From assembly GCA_964035545.1 (NCBI GenBank), contig OZ037768.1, positions 21,733,319 through 21,797,318 of the forward strand: a stretch of 64,000 nt of DNA. The letters run 5' to 3'. Below are positions 14,501 through 25,300 of the stretch, piece after piece. The notes below the pieces were generated by a model, which saw only the letters and a program-made list of their open reading frames with translations, ran no database searches and was not told the DNA's origin. The stretch's first letter is position 1, and each line of letters opens with the position of its first letter. Both the position numbers and the translations under genes were made by a program. Source of the DNA: Bugula neritina. Lineage: Eukaryota; Animalia; Bryozoa.

Positions 14501-15123
14501 GCCATGCTTAACGCAAATTTACAGAGTATCTTAAATCAAAAACTTAATAGCTTTAAATCCACTGAAACTAAAATCAAATCCTAAAAATAATATGGCCTAA
14601 AAATTAGGTTATTGAAACCATTCATCATTTGACAAAATAAGAACATGTCCGTGTTGCTATTTATAGTTATATAAATTACTAGAATATACTATAAAATTAA
14701 GTATAAGTATCATGTATAAGTTACACATATATTAAACTTACTTGTAGAAATATTCGAAATTGTATTAGTATTACAATTAGTATGATTACTTTGGCTTAAA
14801 ATGTTTATTTAGACATTTTCATTATGATAGCCGTAGCAATTTTCATCATTTTTCTATTTGAAAAAAATGATGGTGCAAATTGAAATACTTGTTCAATTTA
14901 TTAAAATTTCACGAGTTGGCAGTTGCACAAGGCGTCCTATATTTATGCTCATGCTACTCTATACATTTTTTTACCTTGATAAATTGCTTTAACCAGTATG
15001 AGTTAATGATGTTTAACCTATTAACTTGAAATTCAATAGTGACTTACGTTGTCCATCAAACTTCCTTATGATAGTTTCGATAAATGTGTTCTGTGGAGCA
15101 ACATGCCCTTTTTTAACAGGCAT
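2525..15123 (-). CDS. KCNH2: ERG/KCNH2-family voltage-gated K+ channel, N-terminal part (PAS-cap, PAS, proximal linker); gene continues beyond position 1. Exons 15123-15048, 10458-10228, 9542-9408, (optional 9061-9038), 7636-7349, 2736-2525
   Basis: Exon 1 reads [25 protein letters not shown] (ERG PAS-cap). Exon 2 reads [47 protein letters not shown]. Exon 3 contains [22 protein letters not shown]. The last in-window exon ends ...SAKMAQ|gtatgt, equivalent to the ERG EKVTQ| junction. All junctions are GT-AG and phase-consistent. Paralog assignment among KCNH2/6/7 is nominal. Confidence 0.92.
9550..9700. repeat. Degenerate minisatellite (GTGATACTGAGTA/GTGATACTGTCA) abutting the KCNH exon 3 acceptor
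   Basis: Direct reading. Confidence 0.8.
10530..10625. repeat. 13-bp tandem repeat GGTATTGACTGTA
   Basis: About 5-6 copies, upstream of the KCNH exon 2 acceptor. Confidence 0.85.
11965..12040 (-). pseudogene. Degenerate tRNA-like fragment (pseudo-tRNA or head of a second SINE family)
   Basis: Minus strand GTGGTGTAATGGTTA (A-box-like) ... TTCGAAGCCC (B-box-like); the cloverleaf is not intact. Confidence 0.35.
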
Positions 15124-16661
15124 GGCAGTAAATTACCATATGCTAAAATTCACCAGCGTGATGTCAATAAAATTCTGTTGGCCTAACATGAAAGCAGAAA
15201 TACGGAAGATAATAATCCCAGGCAGAGTCAGTAAATGAATATTCCATGCGTTGGTTAATTATAGATTGCTTACAGTTACCTTTGAGCTAGCCAGAGGATC
15301 GATAAAGATCACTGCTCGCCTTCGCCGCTATAAAAATACTTATAGAAATTTATGTTTAAATGTTTTAATTATTATTCTTATTTTAATTTTTATTGAATAA
15401 AATATTTTCATTTATTTTGGTAACATTTCATAAATAAACTATGCTGAAAATATGTAATAAAAATGTAAATTATACTATTACAAGCGGCTAAATACACAAA
15501 TATTAACAACACGTGGTAAAAACGCTTGTAGCATCCAATGAAATTTACTTAGCTCTAAACTGATGACAACATGCATCCAATCATGTTTCACACAAACCGA
15601 ATGGTAAAGATATTCCAAAATGTGAGTTTTAAAGCGTAGTTTTTAATGAATGTAGACAAAACTAGCAGTCTTTCAGACGAAATAAATGTTACGTTTGTTA
15701 TTTATTTTATTATTTTTATAATTAATAAATAATTTAAATTGTTTACTGTTCATCAAAATTTACATTCAAGTGAGACTCGGAGTTGGTAATTGTATTTTAT
15801 GCGAAACTAATTATTTTAAGACGAAGGTAGTTGAGTGCAAAGTTAGTCAACTCGTTGAGTAACTGTAACTTAGGATTCAACTTCACAACAACTACAAGTA
15901 CAACTGACAAGGAGTGCGATTGTGCTATTTGTGCGAGTTTTATATCTAAACTTGATGTTTTAGAACATCCAACTGTGTGTTGATATTCTAAGATTAGTTC
16001 TCATATCTATAGCTAATAACTTACTCCAAGTCTTAGATTTAGAGTTAGTCTTATCTTAATCTTTAATTTTAATTTTTATCTTATCAGTATGAGTATCACT
16101 ATGATTATGACTATTGTCATTCACTCATTGTGGTAATCATGCTGATAGTTTAAAACCCATTATTAGCAATGGTTTGAATCATTCAAATAAGCACTCAATT
16201 TGAATTACATTAACATTGACGAGCAAACTGGAAAAAATCAATATTTGTAATACTAATAGTAATACTTATACTAATACTAATAGTAATACCTTTATTCTTA
16301 TAGTTATTGTATTTGTATTTGTAATGACTAAAGGTAACTAGTAAATACTCACAAGAGTTCTCCTGTATAATGTAGAATACTAGAGTAGGTTCTCTGTCTT
16401 TCTGTTACTTGTTCTTTTAGGTTTTAGGGTGGGTCTCGTAGCATGGTGAATAAAAGGTCACTCTACACTGTTGTGAATATTAATGCTATTAGGCTCCAAG
16501 TCTCAGTATCTTATTTTTTATTAATCAGTAGTTTAAAGAATTAGCGAAATACTTTTTAATTATGTTCAATTGTTTAAAGTCAAACCAAACAAGTTTTTTA
16601 ATAGGCCAATGTCATGCTTTGCTTTGATAGATTTTTTAATTTAAATTTTAATTTGTTTTAG
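15124..16661. promoter_or_regulatory. Divergent (head-to-head) promoter region, KCNH / DPH1
   Basis: Start codons are 1.5 kb apart on opposite strands. CpG is locally more frequent. Contains the hexamer-phased tract. TSSs not determined. Confidence 0.6.
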
Positions 16662-16663
16662 AC

Positions 16664-19600
16664 ATGTCTCTAAGGTTAAGACACACTGCGCACCAGATTC
16701 CTCCTGATATTTTGAATAATGCTGAGTTAAATGCTGACGTCAGCAAGTTGCCAAGTAACTATAATTTTGAGATTCATAAGTCTATTTGGAGAATTAAAAA
16801 GACTGAATCCAAAAGAGTTGCTCTCCAGTTTCCTGAGGGACTGCTGCTGTATGCTTGTGCCATAGCTGACATTCTCGAGTCCCACACCGGTCAGTGCGCT
16901 TTTTTGGCTCTTCGCCAACTTTGTGACTTAGTAAAAATATCTCTAATTGTTGAAATTAATTGTATTTTCATTGTTATGTTTGATTAGACACTTGTAAGAT
17001 AAGTACTACCTTTCTGTCATTTATTTTGTTATAGATTTTGTGTTTTTGCTCAATGGTAGGTTTAATGTTTACTGATATTATCATTAAACTTTTCATGACT
17101 AAAGTACTAAAGCAATGTATTTACTTAGCGTGAGAGTACTCATATAAAGATTGTAGCTGCATTTAGCACCCTCAGTTACGCTGGTGATTTAACTTTACCA
17201 CCCGGTGCTTTGCATTAAGTTATTGAGAATGTTTAAATAAAAACTCACACAAGTTTATAGTCGCTATCCTTGTGAGAAACCTCTGTTGAAAAGGGTTTGT
17301 TAAAGCAGGCTTAGGACTTATTTAGATGAGGCACGGGAGCAATTATGACTGGATGCTCTTCCTAACATCACCAATGGCCTTTGTCGGGGTTCAAACCCAT
17401 GACTTTGTGCTTACTAGGCAACCGTTCTAACCCCTAGGGCCTAGACCATGGCTGCTCCCTTTAAAAAAATTTATAATAATATTTTTATAATATTTTCCAC
17501 ATTTCTCTGCCTTATTGGTGCTAAGATTTAATTACAATTACACACACACACGCACACACGCACACACAAACGCACCTAACATTACGCTACATTATTATTG
17601 CCACAGTATAATAAGATACAATAAGCTATAAAGAAAATTTGAAATACTTCAGACTGCTTGAAATACTAAGATATAAACATTTATTTGCTGACTGGCACTA
17701 AGCAAATTTTTAGTTTTGGTACTACTTTGCAGATGCTGAGGTGTTGATAATGGGAGACGTTACTTACGGTGCCTGCTGTATAGATGACTTGAGTGCTAAG
17801 GCTATGGCCTGTGATCTAATGATACATTACGGGCACAGCTGCCTAGTGCCCATTGATAAGACTGAGGGCATCAACATGCTCTACGTCTTTGTGGACATAA
17901 AAATAGACACCGCTCACTTTATAGACACCCTGCTGTACAACTTTACCAAAGACACTTCCCTCATTCTGGTCAGCACTATTCAGTTTGTGTCAGCGTTGCA
18001 GGCTGCTGCTCGGGCACTCAGAGACAACGGGTATCAGGTAAAGACAGAGTCTATTCTATTTATTGTAGAAACAGTTAGTCTAACTTTTGAAGGTTTAGTC
18101 TTACATAATAATTATTCTGTTCATACCAAAGCAGTGTTTCTGTAATGTAGTATTCAGCATCGCATATGATCAGCACTGTGTTAATTCTGTGATAAATAAA
18201 ACATTTTGTCATATATGTATTTAAATTTCAACTTTGACCTATCAGGTGACGATACCTCAAGCCAAACCTCTGTCACCAGGTGAAATCCTCGGATGCACGT
18301 CACCAGTGGTTGGCTCTCCCTCAGATGCCATCGTCTATCTGGGTGACGGCAGATTTCATTTGGAATCCATCATGATTCATAACCCCAGCAACGCTGCCTT
18401 CAGGTAATTAGGCCATGATTTTCAGGTAATTAGGTCAGGACTAGGCTTTAGAGATTCTACTTACTTTCACCCATATCTACAGTTAAAAGAAGCAACTATT
18501 CTGGCATGTTTAGAACACCAATTTATAGCTGCTTTTATTTTAACTAAATGCAAAACTTTTAAATATTTAATTGAAGAACTGGACAAAAGTTGTTTATCTT
18601 TTTATAAATTAATAAAGTTATTAGTAATGCATTATTGATTAAACAATTAAAACAAGTCGAAAATGAGTTGGTGCTAAAATAATTAAAGGGTTGCAGTATG
18701 TGCTAGATATAAAGACTTGAGAATTCAATGACTAAAGAGTTTAAAGTCCTTCAAATTATTCTGCAAGCTCCAAATGGGTTTATTGATCTTTCGGTACTGT
18801 TTTTACTCTTATAAATCAGAACATTGAAATTCTACTATTTACAGACCATATTGATTAATTTTGAATTTATTTCACCTGGTAAAAGCTTGTAGTCAAAAAT
18901 TCAACTCCGTAATCCTGTGACAACGTCTCATCGTGCGTGTCTTTTACATCTTCTCTAGTTTTATATGCTTTAAGACAATATTTTTATACCACTCTAGTTT
19001 ATGTTTCATAAACTCAATAAAAATTACAATGAACAAAGCTAAGTTATTTACAGCAACATTTACTTGGAATATAGCCTTCATCTTTATTGTAAAATCATTA
19101 CTTTTCTTCAATATTATTTTTCACCGATTATTTCTGAAATAAGAGTTGTCTTCTTCTATGGTACTGCATATAGTAGGAATTGTCTTTCGTTCAAAGTGAA
19201 GCACTCCATATAATATTTTACAAGTGTTCCGTGAGTTGGTAATAAAATATTTTCATTGTAGCATACAAGTCTAGAAAAGCAATGTAACTTAGTTTTACGT
19301 TAAATATTATACTGCATTGTCCTATGTTTTATATAATGAAGCTGTGTTCTATTTGTTTTGATTTTACTCTACAATACCAAGCATTATGCTTTAATTTCAA
19401 ACGTGTGCAATTTAGACACCTTTGCCCACTTTGCCATTTTATATCCTTCGACTAGTAAATTCCGAGCTGATTTGTCTATATTTCCTGCAGATACAACCCA
19501 TACGGGAAAGAGTTTACGCAAGAATACTACGAATCAGAGAAGATGCACAAGAATAGACTGGCGGCTATTGCCAAGGCCTCTAAGGCTAAAGTCTTTGGGT

Positions 19601-19998
19601 TAATTCTCGGCACGCTCGGCCGACAAGGCTCGACTACGGTGTTTGACAGACTAAAAGAGTCATTGACTGAACATGGCTGTAGATATATAATGGTGTTACT
19701 ATCTGAAATATTCCCTGATAAGTTAGCCGAGTTTCATGAAGTAGATGCGTGGGTGCAGGTTGCATGCCCCCGACTTTCCATTGACTGGGGAACTGCTTTT
19801 AATAAACCACTACTTACTCCGTATGAGGTGTCCGTTGCCTTAAAGAAGGTGGAGTGGAGGGAGCGCTACCCCATGGATTTCTATGCTTACGACAGTGCTG
19901 GTAACTGGACGGTTAATAATGTGGATAATCGTCCCGTTTGGAAGCCAAAAAACAGAGTGCCCAGGAAGCATGTGACTATCGAGGTTGAAAAGAGTTAA
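16664..19998 (+). CDS. DPH1: 2-(3-amino-3-carboxypropyl)histidine synthase subunit 1 (diphthamide biosynthesis). Exons 16664-16889, 17733-18037, 18246-18403, 19491-19998
   Basis: Motifs [97 protein letters not shown]; includes the three Fe-S cysteines. Phases 1/0/2 are consistent; AATAAA near 20059. An acceptor AG lies just before the ATG, so a non-coding exon is upstream. Confidence 0.96.
17243..17460 (-). mobile_element. tRNA-derived SINE, copy 1 (DPH1 intron)
   Basis: Aligns by eye along its length with the copies at 45818 and 61614; B-box-like GGTTTGAACCC on the minus strand. Confidence 0.85.
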
Positions 19999-21226
19999 TG
20001 GTTGACTTTCTGCATTTTCTATATTTTTCCTGCAAATACTTTTTATATATTTGTTTATAATAAATTTGATTGTATTAAAACTGTATGGTTTTCTTCTTAC
20101 AAAATGTCAAAAATTCACATTTTGTCATATAAATGTACTAGCTCCTATAATATTATGTTGTACACCCTGATGTTAAGAACCTTTTATAGCAAGTCTTGAC
20201 TTTAGCCTCAAATCATACTGATAGCATAGCTCAAGAATTCTTTATTGTGGGAGGGGGTATATGATCCTGCTGAAATTAACCTGTGAGGTGAAGCAACAAT
20301 GTCATTTCCATTCGTTGACCATGGCTGCTTCAAACAATAAAACTTCTGCGATGATAAAGTGACTAATAAGAATTTATTGAGAGTTGTGTTTCCAGACACA
20401 TTAACCATAGTAAACAATAATCATTGCAAGTAGTAGATAATTCTCTAAAATATGTTTTAAAATATTAATGTTTATTTTACATGGTTTTAGAGAATGAATT
20501 TTATTAAAGATGTACTTCTAAAATGAAAAGCTAAAGGAAATCATATTTGATAACGATGATTTTTAAAAAGATAGTGTGAAGAAAATTACTAAATATAATA
20601 TTATGTTCTGCTAGTTCTCGTAATTCTAAATTGTATTAACCATATAATTTTTACGCTGCAACTTCACATATAATTGTATTGAAAGCGCCACTTGCAGGTA
20701 AAGTATACTTTAAATATGTCTTTTTCTATGTATATGATAAGTGCATCTTCTTTTTAATTGTATAGTAAAACAAAGAGCCTATGTAAAGTGATTGTTTTGC
20801 AAAACTCTATTCAAGATTTGTAATTCATTTTTAATATACAAACAAAATATATTATTCATTCTACAAACAATGCATCATGTGTTTCCTCTTTAAATGATAA
20901 TATAGTTTTACTGTTTGTATATTACATGCAAGCTGATGCAAAATTTGATATAATTTTTAATTCTTTATTGTTCTCATTCATGTTTATATGAATTGTATGA
21001 ATATTTCTAGTAGGTATGACATGTGCCAACTTTCAGTGTTGAGAGGGCTGCGTTCTTGGCGTCAAAACAACGACCTGATGATCGTAGCTTGCACTACGTG
21101 AAACAATATTGTAGTCGAAAAATGAATATATAAGTTTATTTTATATCCAAAATTGTATCAGTACCAAATATAAATACTCTATTTTCTGAAATATTGAGTT
21201 CTTTTGATTCATTTTTTAAATATAGA

Positions 21227-21229
<3 letters not shown>

Positions 21230-21315
<86 letters not shown>
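21230..21315. repeat. (AT)n microsatellite, ~42 units
   Basis: Direct reading. Confidence 0.97.
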
Positions 21316-21321
<6 letters not shown>

Positions 21322-22349
21322 TATTTAGTGCAAACTGAAAAAATCTAGTATGTAGACTAGGTGTAGTTAAAAAGGTGACAAGGTGCAAAACACAATGATT
21401 GCTGCAGTTAGTTGAAATGCTGATCCATGAATATTCGCTAGCAAATTGTATTTTGCAAATAAAATAATCTTTTGCAGCATTTTAACCATATAATGTACAA
21501 GATAAGTAATTGTAACAATTTTTTTAATATATTATATTAAAAAATTGTTACAATTACTTATTTTGTAAAATCATTTATTTCCCCTCGGATTAATATATGT
21601 TATACCAACAAAATATTATTAATCCTGTAGCAAAAATCATAATAATATATAAAAACATATCGCACATAGATAGTTTTTATAAGCATGCACGGAATTTTAT
21701 AATTATATATGACACTAAATTCACAGCAGAAACTTTACAAGATTATTATTATTGCAGCCATGCCAGTCATGATCTGCCTGCATGGTTGCCTATAAATACT
21801 ATATCATGATCAGTTTATTAAGTTATACAATATTATGTATTCAACAATTGATACACATGAATCCTACAACACATTTTTATATTTATACATGGATTATATG
21901 TATCAATGAAATTATACCACACCCGGATTGATAATCTATATTGATTAGGATTCGTCTATGCTTATAGTCTATACTCTATGCTCTATAGTCTATGCATTGT
22001 CTGCAACATGGTAGTATTGCAAAATTATTCTGTATATGGGCAACCAATGGAAGTAACTTGCATAGCGTCTGTTATAACATCGGTATAAAACATCTTTTCT
22101 CCTATGTCAGTACAAAGCACGTGCTTCAATTTGAAATAGCTGAGTGCCTTTTAGTGCTTTGCATAACGTCGGTCTTATGTACCCACGCAATAGTTTAAAT
22201 GTTACATTGAAAAAACGAAGGTTAACCAGTCAAACAATCGTAAGAATTTTTACTAACGAAATGGCATGATTTAGTTGTAGGGTTGATTTTGGGTCAAAGT
22301 ATTTTCTTCTACACTGTTGAAGAATTTGTGTATTCCATTACTCCAAACC

Positions 22350-25300
22350 ATGTTTAAGTATCTAGGACCAGAAATCCTACGTGGGTTTGACACTTACAAG
22401 GTAAATTTCAATTCAATAAATGATAAATTGTAATACTAATATATTTATTTTTAAAACATCAACAATTTGAATTTGAATTTCAATTTGAATTATAAATTTA
22501 TAATTAATATTATTATTATTATATTAATATAAATCTGCATATTAATAGCTATAACATTTTAATGATAATTTAAAAATCTTTAATTTATTTTAACATTGAG
22601 ATTAATGAGACCAATGCTAATGTCAATGGTTTATTACCTCAGTTTATTACCTCAGTTGAGGTAGGACTTCCGCAGCAACTGGAAAGTCTATAGGGAAGCC
22701 TCTAGTGAAAACTTACATTGGACCAGGGTTAGCACTAGTTACAGCATTTGCTGTTTTGTAATTAGTTATTATATTCTCCGCGCATTTCACGAATTGTTCG
22801 TGGTAGAAAACTAGTGTGGAATAAGTTTTTCCTAGATGATATAGAGATAAGCTCTCCTCTGGCAGCCGCTCGAGTGGTTACAGTTACAAGTTCCCTGCCT
22901 TCAATTATTTCGTCATAGGCTCTGGATAGAGACTGGTGGTGATCCTCATTTTGAAGAATTCGGGTCAGCAAACACAGTCGATGATTTTTTCGTCTGTCTT
23001 CCAGCGACCGGAGTCCTAACTCATCCCTCGCCTCAGAAACACTGTCAGCACGTCCCTTCATATTGCTTATAAATCGTATGGCACTGTTCTGGACCAGCTC
23101 TATATCATGCACTTTACCCCTAGCCGCAGGATCCCAAACCACATCCGCATAATCGAGTATAGGCCTACATAGACTTGTATAAGCCAATAGCTTAGCATCT
23201 TTTGGGGCATCATACATCAAATGCTTGATGCCGCCAATAATTTTCCGGGACTTGGTACACTTGTTATTTATGTGTTGATCAAACTTTAGGTTTGACTGGA
23301 TGGTTACCCCAAGGTATTTAGTGCTTTGTACCCACGCAAGGCAAGTGGTACCGAGTTTGTAGTGTGATATAGGGGTTACCTTACCAAAATTAATTGCTTG
23401 GCATTTCTGTTCATTGAAGGGCATTTTCCATTTTAGAGACCACTCATATACAGCGTTAATGTTAGTTTGGAATAGTTCTGCATCCTTAGTGGTGTTCACA
23501 GTTTGGTAAAGTAGAGTGTCATCAGCATAGAGGCTGACTTTACATGACAACAAATCCGGAAGATCATTTATATAGCACAAAAACAGGATTGGGCCTAGCA
23601 CAGATCCCTGCGGCACTCCTGAGGTTACTCGGCACTTTTGAGAGCTTGCCCCTCTAAGTACAACAGACTGCTGTCGGTCGGAAAGAAAATCGAGTATCCA
23701 GTTAAGGAGGTATCCATTTATACCCGGTATCTCTTGTAATTTTTGGAGCAACAGAAGGTGAGGTACCTTGTCAAAAGCCTTTTTGAAATCCATAACTACT
23801 GCATGGGTAGTATGTCCTTCATCGGCTGCTTTTACTAGGTCATGGTAGGTAACACACAGTTGAGTTTGGCAGGACAGTCCTTTCCTAAAACCATGCTGTC
23901 GATGGTGAAGCACACTGTCAAGCTTTTCATTGAGGTGATGAAGCACGATGTGCTCCATCATTTTACAGGGAATACTTGTCAGGGATACGGGCCTAAAGTT
24001 GTTCGGAGATTCACTGTCCCCGCCTTTATGTATTGGTGTGACATTTGCAAGTTTCCACTGTTTTGGCAGTTTACCTGTGTCTAAGGAACTTTTGTAGATC
24101 AGAGCAAGACATCTAGCAGTACCCTCCAAGTCTATGAGCATGTCAGGCTTTCGAATTCCATCAGGTCCTGGCGATTTTCCATTTGGCAAATTTTGGATAA
24201 GTTTGGCAACCCCTTCTGGTGTAACATCAATAGAATCTTGGGCATTGGTTTCGATCCTTGAGAAGTCTTCTGCCATAAAGCCCAGCTGGAACTGACTCTG
24301 GAAAAAAGTGTTCAACAACTCAGCGCATTGGACAGGATCTCCCGTCACTATATTTTGATCGTCCTTCAGTACCAATAGCTCTTGTCTTTTGTTTTTGTCT
24401 GCTTTAAGCAGTTTGAAGAAAGGCTTTGAGTTCCCTCTTTTTAGTGGACGATATATTCTGTTTGTGTAAAAGGTTTTTCGTATTACTTCCAGCTCTTTCT
24501 TCCCGTCTCTTCTCAGTTTTTTGTACTGTTCACGATCAAAGCTATTTGAGCTGACTTTGGATCGCCTATGTGCCTTCCTTACTCTTTCTTTGATTTTCAT
24601 AGCTTTTTTATTGAACCACTCTGGGACAGAGGGGTGGGGTGATTTCAGCTGTTTGATTGGGACGTGCTGACCAATACTTCTTTGTAAGTTTTCCGCGAAG
24701 AGATTCCACATTTCCTCTGGGTCCTCCAAAACTGCTAATGCCTCTGATGTTTCTTGCATATCTTCCTGAAATGCTTCTTGATTGGCTTTCTTGTACAGCC
24801 TGAAGGTTTGTGGTTTTCTCAGGGTAGCGGTGGTTGCACTTTGGACATGAGTAATGATCAATGAATGATCACTAAGACCTGGGCTTATGATCTCAGTGTC
24901 ACATATAACGTTAGGCTGGTTGGTGCATATTAAGTCCAGCGTGTTACCAAGAAGGTGTGTTGATCCTTTTACCACTTGAGTCATTTTATGGCTATTTAGT
25001 ACATTAAGAAAATTCTGATGAATCTTTTTGTATGGGGTCAAGGGCTTTACTGCTTTTGTATTCCAGTCAATCCCTGGAAAGTTCATATCTCCAACAAACA
25101 AAATAGTGTGCCTTTGATACTCTCTTTGTAGGTGATCCAAAATATCATTTATAACATCTGTGTTGGAGAGATGTACATAAGGTCTGTAGTAACAGCAGAT
25201 GACCATTCGTGGTTGAATTTTCACTGCTACCACCTCTTCCCTATACTCACTAAGATCTACTAGTTTGGGATTTAAACGGTCGCATACAGCCACCATAACT

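Noticed and set aside
20504-20757. Possible Kolobok-like MITE (TTAA-AGATGTACTT ... AAGTGCATCT)
   Set aside because: The TIR is too short and the right TSD is not clean.
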